Assembly (NCBI RefSeq): GCF_004010195.1
Contig: NC_057718.1
Coordinates: 82,444,844-82,464,843 of the forward strand
DNA from: Chiloscyllium plagiosum
Lineage: Eukaryota
Length of the DNA stretch: 20,000 bases
Direction of reading: 5' to 3'
Shown here: piece by piece, positions 10,677 through 20,000 of the stretch
How the letters are laid out: each line of letters begins with the position of its first letter
Numbering within the stretch: the first letter of the stretch is position 1
Position numbers and translations under genes: made by a program
The notes under the pieces: generated by a model
What the model saw: only the letters and a program-made list of their open reading frames with translations
What the model was told of the DNA's origin: nothing
The model's database searches: none

Positions 10677-12180
10677 GAATTAGGAGCAGGAGTAAATCAC
10701 TTGGTCTTCTTGCCCACATCGCCATTGAACAGGATCATAGCTGATCTGATTGGGCTTCATTCTTGCCTATTCCTGATCACTTTTGATCCATTTTTTTTTC
10801 AAGAAGTAATTTTCCTCTGTCTGAAAAGTATTTAAGGACTCTTAACAGCCTTTTGAGGAAGAGAATTCGAAAGATTCACAACCTTATCTCTGTTTGGAAT
10901 GAGCTACCTCTTATTTTTACATAGTAACACCAAGTTCTAGATTCTCCCACATGAGGAACATCCTTCCCACATCCACTCTGTCTGAACAATTCAGGATTTT
11001 ACATTTTTCAATCTAGTTGCCTCTTGCTACGTTGAACTCAGCTGATATAAACTTAGCATGTCCACCCTTTCCTCACAAGACAAATTAGTCTGAAAAACCT
11101 TCTCTGCTTTTAATGCACTTAGATCCTTCCTTAGATAATGAAGACTCCAGATGGGGTCCCATTAAAGCCCTGTATAACTGAAATATAATCTCCCTAATTT
11201 TGTATTTTATTCCCCTCAGAATAAAACAAAACCTTCTATTTGTTTTCCTAATTAGTTTCTGCACCTGCACACTAGCCTTTTGTGTTCATGCATGAGATAT
11301 TTAAGAGCTCTGAAATCTCTCATCATTTAGTGCTTTCCCTATTTTCCTATTTTACACTCAATTTTCCAAACCTTTATCCTATTTATATCCCTTTGTAGCC
11401 TTCTTATATCCTCTTCATAACTTACTTTCCTACCTAACATTGTGTCATTAGCAAATGTAGCAACCATATCTTAGATCCCTTCAGCCAATTGACTTGTATG
11501 AATTGCAAAAGTCGGAGGCATATCTTTTCCAAACAGAAAATGGCCAACTATCTCTATTCTGTTTCTTGTTAGCTAACCTGTCTAGCTTTGCAGATATGAT
11601 AGCCTCAGCACCTTAACATTTCATTTTCCACTATAACTTTTTATGTGGTAACTTACCTATACCTTCTGGAAATCCAAGACCAGTATATCCACCAATTCCC
11701 CCTTTATCATTGTTACTTTTTCAAATGACTCCAATAAATTGGTGAAACATGATTTCCCTTCCATGTTGACTCTGCTTGATTACCTTGAACTTATCCAAGT
11801 GCTCTGCTGTAACATCTTTCAGAGTTGTTTCTACGATCTTCTCCATGACAAATATTAAGCCTATAGCTTCCTGCTTTATTTTTCCTTCCCTATTTGAATA
11901 AAGGAGTTAACGCTCATTATTTTCCAAACTAATGGGAACCTTACCCAAATCTTGGAAAATTAAAATCAAAGCTTCAACTATTTCATTAGTCATTTCTTTT
12001 TTTTAAATTCGAGACTGTGGTGCTGGAAAAGCACAGCAGGTCAGACAGCATCTGAGGAGCAGGACTATTGACATTTCGGGCAAAAGCCCTTCATCAGGAA
12101 AGGTTTCCATCTCCTTATTTTCTATTATTAATTGCCCAAATTCAATTTCTATGACACCAAAATTCAAAATCAATACCTTT
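10677..12180 (-). mobile_element. Old CR1-clade LINE fragment (second subfamily)
   Basis: Minus-strand LDFQKV (~11660-11680), MVATFANDT (degenerate FADD, ~11442-11468), QVQKLIRKTN..ILRGIKYK..LYRALMGPHLE (11140-11270). 3' UTR atcagctatgatcctgttcaatgg..tactcctgctcctaattc. Confidence 0.85.
12005..12100 (-). mobile_element. Single-arm copy of the Penelope-like element with the most intact hammerhead-like core
   Basis: Homologous to the arms at 3547-3716. Minus strand reads CTGATGA AGGGC TTTT GCCC GAAA TGTC (12097-12070). Confidence 0.8.
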
Positions 12181-12288
12181 TTAAAATATAGAACCATTTT
12201 CTATATTTTCTCTTCTACTTCAATTTCCCCTCCTTATTAATTTTCTCATCATTCTTTGTTAGGTTTTATACTCTGTATATTTTGACTT

Positions 12289-12800
12289 AGCGCAGTTTTG
12301 GTCTCCTCACCTCAGGAAGGATATCATTGCCATCGAGGGAGTGCAGTGAAAGTTCACCAGACTTGATCCCAGAATGGCAGGACTGTCTGATGAAGAGAGA
12401 TTGGGCAAACCTGGGCTGTATTCTCTGGAGTTTTGAAGAATGAGGGCAGATCTCATTGAAACTTACAAAATACTTCAAGGGATAGACAGATGCAAGTAAT
12501 ACATAACCCTGGGTCGGGGAGTCTAGAACCCGGAAGGGCTACAATTTAAAAGTAAGAGGGATGCCACTTAGATCCAAGATTAAGAGAAATGTTTTCCTCA
12601 AAGGGCTGTGAACTTTTGGAATGATCTACCACTGAGGACTGTGAAAGCTCAGTCTTTGATTATGTTTAAGGTAGAGGTTGATAGATTTCTGAGTTCCAAT
12701 GGCATATGGGGTAAAGGGTGGTTAAGGCATTGAACTGTTCAGCTGTGATCCTGTTGAATGGTGATAGGCTCAACAGGCTGTATGGCCAATTCTTCTTCTT
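12289..12800 (+). mobile_element. CR1-clade LINE 3' fragment
   Basis: QFWSPHLRKDIIAIEGVQ*KFTRL; RMRADLIETYKILQGID; 3' UTR cagctgtgatcctgttgaatgg..ggctgtatggcc. Confidence 0.9.
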
Positions 12801-12802
12801 TT

Positions 12803-13113
12803 TAGATTACTTACAGTGTGGAAACAGGCCCTTCGGCCCAACAGGTCCACACGGACCCTCCGAAGAGTAACCCACCCAGACCCATCTCCCTCTGACTAAT
12901 GCACCTAACACTATATGCAATTTAGCACAGTCAATTCACCTGACCTGCACATCTTTGTGACTGTGGGAGGAAAACAGAGCACCCGGAGGAAACCCACGCA
13001 GACACAGGGAGAATGTGCAAACTCCACACAGACAGTCACCCGAGGCTGGGATTGAACCTGGGACCCTGGTGCTGTGAGGCAGCAGTGCTAACCACTGAGC
13101 CACCGTGCCACCC
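12803..13113 (-). mobile_element. HE1-type SINE, least diverged copy, tail-to-tail with the CR1 fragment
   Basis: Minus-strand head GGGTGGCACGGTGGCTCAGTGG (A box) and GGTTCAATCCC (B box); several CpGs retained. Confidence 0.93.
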
Positions 13114-13261
13114 AAAGTATGTTCAACACAAACCTCTCCATGAGCGTAGGTGGTATGGCATGACTCAGCTACTTGTAGCGTGCAATGTAGCCAGTCCCAT
13201 GCTATGCAACACCAGGGACAGGTCGATTCACAACAGATAGTGAACCTAGGTGTTTGTGTTC

Positions 13262-13615
13262 CATGGTTCTATGTACAGCCCAAGACACTAACATAATCAA
13301 AGTCCCTTCCCACCCTGGTTATAATCTCATCCAACCTTGTCTGTCAAGGAGAAGTTACAAAAGCTTAAACACACAAACTAACAGATTCAAGAACAGTGTT
13401 TGCCCGCAGTTATTTGACTTCTCAAATCTTAAATTTAATGTTGACCTCGCACTGTGTGCACCCTCTCTGCAGCTGTAACATTGTATTCTTGGCTCTGTTC
13501 TATTACCCTATGCATTTTATATATGATCTGCCTGTACTGCATGCAAAACAAAACTTTTCACTGTATCTAGGTACATGTAACAATAATAAATCAAATCAAA
13601 TCAAATCAAATCAAA
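13262..13615 (+). mobile_element. Rex1/Babar LINE 3' fragment with microsatellite tail
   Basis: VLCTAQ..IIKVPSHPGYNLIQP..RRSYKSLNTQTNRFKNS, then aataataaa and (tcaaa)5 at 13591-13615. Confidence 0.87.
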
Positions 13616-14744
13616 CTAAGGTGGCAACCAGGATAAGCGTGGTGTTGGGTACATCTTTTTCTCCTTCTTGTAGAGATTAGTACATCGTGTGTCTGGAACT
13701 ACAGCCCTTAGTAACCTGCAGATAAAGAGGAAGATGGTGCGGGATGTCATCACAGTACAGAAGTGGGGAAGGGCCGATGCAGTGCCACATACAGCAACAC
13801 TGTACTTTGCAGCTGATGCCCAAGCTCTAACCTGCAATGGAGAGGAAGTGGTCTCTCACATACCCGGCACTTTTTCTTTGACCATAGCTATTTATTCCTT
13901 CTGATTTAAAGACATTCATACCTGCATCCCAACACCCCATTCCCAACCTGAATCATATACCCTGTATCTTCAAATAATTCGACTGGACAATGAAGAGAAC
14001 AAAAAAATCAGTCCGCCTAGTTCCCAAATTATATGACTATCACTTACCTAAAAACTGGTGGGAAATGTTAGTCTGACAGTGCTTGGATCTGAGTAGGAGA
14101 TAGTGACATTATCTATACACAAGGAGGCTTTGACCTGAGCACCTCCACGAAGAGCATAAAACAAAGATTTCAATGTCCTGAAGTGTTTATTAACTAACAA
14201 GTATGATATTTGTGACAAGCTGAAGAACCAACTCCTGAAACCATTGTGACAAACTAACAATTTGCTTTATAACTCAGAGTACAAAAAAGCAGCACTATTG
14301 AGGCCGTTCAATCACTGAAAACTCACTTACAGATGGCAGAACATTGACTGGAAAAAGCAACAGTCCTTTCAGCTGTAAAACTTTCCATGTTTTGGAAATT
14401 CATATCCAGTCAAATTCAGTCGACACTGCATTTGGGAAAACAGTTTTCTTTTCAGCACTCATCAGCTCTCTGTTGTAATTGTATATTAGGTTTGTGTGTT
14501 AAGATAATATTTTGGACAAGATTGTGTAATGATTTAAACATATGTTTATGTGAATTTATAAATCATGTTAGGAAGTGATGTAATGTCACATGCTTTAGTC
14601 CGCCTTGCAGTCAGTAGCATGAGCGAGAATCAAGAAGTCTCCCAATAAAGCTTTGTATCCAACCTGATGGCAATCTTTCAACTCTGTTTGTATAAATCGA
14701 AATCCCCAGATACTACAACCATCCCAGTATATTTAAAAACGTTG

Positions 14745-15480
14745 GATTTATATTATCTTTTCCATGACTACCAGAAGTCTCAAAGCATTTTCCATCCACT
14801 GAAATTTGTTTGAAATGTTGTCATTTTGCTGTAGAAAATGAGACAAACAATTTAAGCACAGCAGACTGCTACAAATAGCAATGTGTAAAGGAGGAGATAG
14901 TGTTTTCCTTTATTCATGTGGGCATCACTGTCTAGGCAGCATTTATTGCCCATTCAGAGGGCAGTTAGAAATCAACCACATTGCTGTGGGTCTGGAGTCA
15001 CATGTAGGCCAGACCAGGTAAGGATGGTCGCTTCCTCCCCTAATGAACATTAATGAACCAGATGGGCTTTTCCAACAATCAGCAATGGATTCATGGTCAT
15101 CACTGGATTCTTAATTATAGATTTTCTTTTATTCAATCCAAATTTTATCATCTGCAATGGAAGGATTTGTATTTGGGTTCCCAGAACATTATTTGGGTTT
15201 CTGGATTAACAGTCCAGCAACTACACTACTAAGCCATTGCCTCCCTTTTTGTAACATTGATTGTAGAGTGAATATTGGCCAAGGTAACAGGGAGAACTCA
15301 TTTGGTCTTCTTCAGAAGATTAGCCTCTGACATCTTTGACATTCACAAGAATAGAGAGATGTAGTCTTGGGTTCATCCAAAAGCACTCCTCACTCATGTG
15401 TTAGTCTCTGCACTCAGTTGCTGAATGGGGAATTGAACTGATCTGTTGTGACTCCAAGACAGAAAGTGAGCTATAGCAGT
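14745..15480 (-). mobile_element. Old Deu-domain SINE (SacSINE1/AmnSINE-like), split by a younger SINE
   Basis: Minus strand gaagaagaccaaatgagttctccctgttaccttggccaatattcactc (Deu core), continuing after the insert as cacattgctatttgtagcagtctgctgtgcttaaattg..ttcaaac..tgctttgagac..gtcatggaaaagataatataaat (L2-type tail). B-box-like gttcaattccc near 15427-15439. Confidence 0.75.
14907..15245 (-). mobile_element. tRNA-derived SINE (third family) nested in the Deu-SINE
   Basis: Minus-strand head GGGAGGCAATGGCTTAGTAG (A-box-like), degenerate B box, 3' end gggcaataaatgctgcctag..gcccacatgaataaa; sits between T-runs. Confidence 0.78.
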
Positions 15481-15734
15481 CACCCATGTTTTGCACAAAT
15501 GCTAAAGCACAGATATGCCTTGTCTAAACTCTGTAACATTTGAGGCAAAATGTGAGATGCTTCTCTGACTTCATTCATTGTCAATAAGGAGCCCCTGAAG
15601 CAGCCTCCCTCACAAGTTATATCCTCACTGATTCAAACAAAATTTCAGCTTTAAAGTAACTTTCCTCAGCAGCTTCCTGGAGAGAGCAACAAAATCTCAC
15701 AATTCAATAGAAAGTGTGCTGGATAATTAGTTTC

Positions 15735-16135
15735 AAAAGATGTTGTGAAACCTGAAGGTGTTCAGAAAAGATTTACAAGAATGTTGCTGGAGTTAGAGGA
15801 TTTGAGCAATAGGAAGAGGCTGAATAGGCTGGGGCTGCTTTCCCTAGAGTCAAAATTGGAGTGGTGCTGGAAAAGTACAGCAGGTCAGGCAGCATCCGAG
15901 GAGCAGGAGCCCTCATTCTTGACGAAAGGCTTTTGCCCGAAACGTCAATTTTCCTGCTCCTCGGAAGCTGCCTGACCTGCTGTGTTTTTCCAGCACCACT
16001 CTAATCTTGACTCTAATCTCCAACATCTGTAGTCCCCACTTCTGCCTGTTTTCCCTGGAACATAGGAACCTGAGGGAGGACCTTATAGAGATTTACAAAA
16101 TCATGAAGGACATGGTCTTTTTCCCAAGGTAGGGT
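15735..16135 (+). mobile_element. CR1 (HER1-like) fragment interrupted by the Penelope-like hairpin
   Basis: KDVVKPEGVQKRFTRMLLELEDLSNRKRLNRLGL / FSLEHRNLREDLIEIYKIMK, homologous to 4845-4990. Confidence 0.9.
15846..16045 (+). mobile_element. Second fold-back Penelope-like element, opposite orientation to the 3516 copy
   Basis: Inverted arms 15845-15908 / 15952-16015; loop contains TTGACGA AAGGC TTTT GCCC GAAACGTC; tail 16016-16045; TSD ctgctttccct (15835-15845) / ctgttttccct (16046-16056). Confidence 0.82.
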
Positions 16136-16153
16136 TGAGCATATTTTCAAAAT

Positions 16154-16383
16154 AGTTAGATTTTGAAATTCTCTCTCTCAAGCAAACAGAGGAGACTATT
16201 TCACTGAATGTATTCAAGGCTGCATTGGGCATCTTTTTGATTGACAAGGGAGACAAGGATCAGCATAAAGTCAAGAAGGTGGACCTAAGGTCATGTCAGA
16301 TCAGCCATGATCTTATTGACGGGCACAGCAAGCTCAAAGGGCTGAATTGTCTACCTCTGTTTCTAATTGTTATGTTCCTGTGT
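16154..16383 (+). mobile_element. CR1 3' end (similar to the 10677 subfamily)
   Basis: gtattcaaggctg..tttttgattgacaaggg and 3' UTR agatcagccatgatcttattga..ctcaaagggctgaattgtctacctctg. Confidence 0.8.
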
Positions 16384-16445
16384 AAGATGTCCCTCCTCCC
16401 ATTGGCATGCTGACAGATACACTCTCACTGTGTCTGTGTGTACTA

Positions 16446-16619
16446 CAGAGGAACTTTGATTATCCGGCATTCAATTATCCAAATATCGGATTATCCGGCA
16501 AGATCGCAAGGTCCTGATGCTCGGCTAAACTATGTTATCTGGCATTAAATCACCTGGAATTCCATTAACCGAACAAAATACTCCCCACCTGTGTCCTTTG
16601 GATAATTCAGGCTCCTCTG
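16446..16619. mobile_element. Tc1/mariner-pogo (Tigger-like) MITE
   Basis: TA on both sides (16444-16445, 16620-16621). Terminal inverted repeats cagaggaactttgattatcc vs reverse complement cagaggagcctgaattatcc (16/20). Internal repeats of attatcc(gg). Confidence 0.88.
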
Positions 16620-16814
16620 TATTGGAAAGGGAACAGGTTCTAACCTAACCAATTGGATGATTGTTGATTCACAGTCAAATAATGTTTCCAAAACCCTATG
16701 TCTTAACTTCAATGATTCTCAAACTGATAAAGAGTTAAAGACTTAAACAACAAGCCACAATTTCATTTTTAATGCCCCTATGATTTTACTTCTGGAGTTA
16801 TTTGCACCCTTTAA

Positions 16815-19340
16815 TTTTTGGGGACCCTTACTGAGCTGCTGAGAGACCATTTGATATGTGGGATTAATTATGGAACTTCGCAAAAATGCCTACTAGCGGA
16901 AGTCCAACCAGACTTCAAACAGACATCACAATTGGCTTTATCATTGGAAAATTTGGCAAATGGAGCATATGAGTTACAGGGACTTGAGGAACGCCCCTTG
17001 AGTGTAGACAGTTGTGTAGCCTCACTCAGGACATATCCTGATCAGAGGGACTCTGGGTCAGCCCACAGCAAAACCCCAAAACCAAGCCAAGCCTCAGCCA
17101 AATGGTTCAAATTGTCTTGGGGATCCTGGCCAGCAAGTCATTGTAGTTGCTGCCAGAATACAGACTCGAGACAGCTAAAGAGTCCTACTAGACCTAAACT
17201 GAGTGAGATAATTCAGAGGCCAGCATCCAGGAGAGTTCATACCCTGGAAAGTCCACCTGCATCTGGTTTGGACCAGTTAAATTGCTTAGCAACATCCACA
17301 TTAGAACCAATCAAAATAAATGTCTGGTTAAATGATCGTCTGGTTCTAATGGAGGTCAATACCCATGTGGCCGCATCAGTGATCGCAGAATCAGATTTTA
17401 ACAAAATTCTCTTTGGACCCCCAACCTTAACTTTGCACAACATCTCAGCTAGGCCAAGAACCTATAACAGGGAACCTTTACAGATTAAGGCTAGAACTTC
17501 GGTTCTGGTCTCTTATGAGAAGCAGCTGGTCCAGTTACCACTGATTGTAGTGAAGGCTTGGGCCCAAGCTTAATGGGGTGAAATTGGTTGTGAGAGATTC
17601 ACTTAGATTGGCTCAATATTTTTCAATTAGAAAATGGCTGCCTAAGTGAAATTCTAAGTAAATACCCGGAAGTCTTCTTGCAAGGTCTAGGGATTATCAG
17701 AGGAGCCAAGGCCACCTTGTATGTTGACCAGGAAGCAGTTCCTCGATTCTGCAAGGCCTGTCCAGTGCCATTTGCCTTATGGGCAAAAGCAGAGGCAGAC
17801 ATCAGGCGCTGCAAAGTGAAGAAGTCATCAAACCAGTCCAATTTATGGAATGGGCAGTACCGGTCATCGTGAAGCCCAATGCATCAGTTCATCTTTGTGG
17901 GGAATTGAAACAAATGGTAAACTGTTTTTGCAGCTGGATAGATACCCAGTCACTGGGATAGAGGGTTTATATGTGATTGTCATGAGCAAAAGTCACTGCT
18001 AGATATGGCTGAACTCCACCAGGGCCATCCAAGAGTCTCCAGAATGAAGACGTTGGCAAGGTGTGGGCGAGTTGCTGGCGGTAATCTTTGTTCTTGTTGG
18101 CACTCTGGGCACTGCCGCACCAATGTAGTTGTGGACCTGGTGGTCAGGCCTGGATGCAGACACAACTATCGCAGTGCCCAGAGTGCCAAAAAGAACAAAA
18201 GGTATTTCCAGTAACTTCCCCACATCCGTGGGAATGGCCAGGTGAACCTTGGACTCAGTTGCATGTCAACTATGCAGGTCCTTTTATAGGTTCAGTATTC
18301 TTTCTCATTACAGATGTCCACTCAAAGTGGTTGGACATCCATAGAGTCCATTCTTCAAACACAGGGATGACGATAGAAAAACTGCACGCATCTTTTTCAA
18401 TACACAGAGTCCTGCAAGTGTTGGTCACAGATAATAGGCCATTGTTTATCAGCAGGGAATTTAGGTATTCCCGAAAATCAAATGGCATTTGACATATCAG
18501 AAGGGCTCCATACCATCCATCGTCTTTTGGTCTTGCAGAAAACTCAGTCCTAACTTTGAAGACAGGCTTAAAGAAACAACCTTGCAAGATGCCAATCTGT
18601 CATGGTTCTTATTTGATTATAGAAGCACTCCACAACAAGGGATAGCACTGGCAGATTTGCTAATGGGTAGAACATCAGGTTAAGTCTGATCTTCCAGGAC
18701 CTGGGGGTGGGATGGGTGAAACAGCTTCAGGAATGCCAGTGCCAGGCACAAGACTCCACCCAGTGAGAGGGGCAGTTGGATAAAGGGTGAGAAGTTTGGT
18801 GTAGGAATCACAGAAATGGCCTGCACGGGTAAGAGGCATGGACAATGCGAGATCAGGACCAGTGACGTATAAAGTTTGTGTAGGTGTGACAGTCCTGAAC
18901 AAGCATGTGGACCATATGAAAGCCACTCCTCGGAACAGTCAGAAAGGCTGCCAGAAACTGTGGGTTCACCGTCTCCATCGAATGTTATCGAGTCCTCAGA
19001 ATCAGAGTTAGATATAATGGATGTAGCCACCTTAACACCTTTGCTGCTGGAAGAAGAGACTGACATTCTACCGAGGTGATCCTGGTCCATGAGGCGAGCT
19101 CCCACACCTAACATGCCACCCTGGATTGGACACCAAATCAGAGGCACCTGACCTGGTGCTAAATGCCCCAGGAGGCTCCCTATGAAAAAGAACCAACTTA
19201 TGGCCTTGGACTCGGAGAGAGAGGGATGTAGTAATTGTAATGAGGTCAGCACTTGAAGATCATAGAATATGAGTTCTCTAATTGGTGCTGTTAGTCTGGC
19301 CCAATCAGCGATCCCTGGCTGACAGATATAAACAGGAATG
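16815..19340 (+). mobile_element. Decayed, internally deleted Gypsy LTR retrotransposon (gag, protease, start of RT, integrase, PPT, partial 3' LTR)
   Basis: gag LRDHLICGIN..QKCLLAE; protease MEVNTHVAASVI (cf. MEVDTGA); RT start PRFCKACPVPFAL..VIKPVQFMEWAVPVIVKPNASVHLCG; integrase ELHQGHP..QCPECQ..PWEWPGEPWTQLHVNYAGPF..DVHSKW..VTDN. Confidence 0.92.
19214..19340 (+). promoter_or_regulatory. Polypurine tract and start (U3) of the 3' LTR with CCAAT and TATA boxes
   Basis: ggagagagaggga (19214-19226) directly followed by TGTAGT (LTR start, 19227); ccaatc at 19301; tataaa at 19327. Confidence 0.75.
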
Positions 19341-19351
19341 GTGTCCTCGGC

Positions 19352-19613
19352 GCTGTCACCCTGGGCAGGTACCGGGGCGGGCTGCCCCAGAGGTGGTCGA
19401 AAGGTGCTGAGGGTGGTTAGTGAAGCCGGAAGGTGGGTAGGCCGTTCTGACTGCTGTCACCCTGGGCGGGTACCGGGGCGGGCTGTCCTAGAGATGGTCG
19501 AAAGGTGTGTCAGGGCGGACCGAGGACTGGAAGGGGCATGGGGTGGACCGAGAACCGGAAGGTGGGTAGGGGCAGGCTGCCTTAGAGTGGTCGGAAGGTG
19601 GGAGGGGCGGGGG
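19352..19613 (+). repeat. G-rich imperfect tandem repeat (101-bp period plus shorter subunits)
   Basis: gctgtcaccctgggcrggtaccggggcgggctg starts at 19352 and 19453; the motif ygraaggkg recurs six times. Confidence 0.85.
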
Positions 19614-20000
19614 CTTGCTGGGCTTGTATTGTCTGCACTTTTGTATGTAACGGTATCGTCTAATGTATAAATGTCATTGTCACTGTCTTGTCACACATGG
19701 AACTGGGATTTGAGGTTTGTCCTCATCTCCCTGTAAAATGGTTGAATGGTAGGGTTTGGGGCCTAGCTTTGCTGCTCCTCTCCCTTGTAAAATTGCTGTC
19801 TTTTGTGTACAGCTGTCAATGTTTTTTGTAAACTGTTTTGTAACTTGTTGAATAAAATAATAAAAGGAATGCCAGTCACCCCAGCCCGGACGGAATTTCA
19901 CGTTGGCCCCAAGGTCCCGTACTTCCCGCGCGAGCCTGTGCGCCACAACCTGAGCCGCCTCCGGAATTTTAATTTTGTTCCCTTTCAGGGGGTAAAAAGG

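Noticed and set aside
16818..17573. 251-aa ORF as a functional or domesticated gag-protease gene
   Set aside because: It has a TTG start, the protease catalytic DTG is changed to NTH, no intact CCHC knuckle is visible, and the rest of the element is frameshifted.
18680..19252. 190-aa minus-strand ORF
   Set aside because: It is antisense to the Gypsy integrase tail and 3' region and has no recognisable domain.
19352..19613. CRISPR-like array, or a coding 110-aa ORF
   Set aside because: The context is eukaryotic, the units are irregular and degenerate without unique spacers, and the ORF is low-complexity Gly/Arg from G-rich repeats.

Overview
This is eukaryotic, transposon-dense, non-coding DNA. 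It most likely comes from a shark or other elasmobranch, inferred from four HE1-type SINEs, HER1/CR1 LINE 3' ends and a Deu-domain SINE. No intact host protein-coding gene is visible; nearly all listed ORFs are read-throughs of decayed repeats. Contents: a decayed Gmr1-like Gypsy LTR retrotransposon (minus strand, about 60-3440, order gag/SCAN-like, protease, integrase); two other Gypsy remnants (5334-6300 and 16815-19340); five CR1 fragments; two Rex1/Babar 3' ends; several tRNA-derived SINEs; and one TA-flanked Tc1/mariner-pogo MITE. There are also three copies of a short Penelope-like element, two of them ~170-bp fold-back hairpins with target-site duplications (TSDs), each carrying a minimal hammerhead-ribozyme-like core. 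Other oddities: an inverted duplication inside an integrase zinc finger, a possible non-autonomous retroposon with a Rex-type tail (7998-8561), and an unidentified CpG-rich, apparently young insertion at the right end. Family names come from motif recognition by eye, not database searches.
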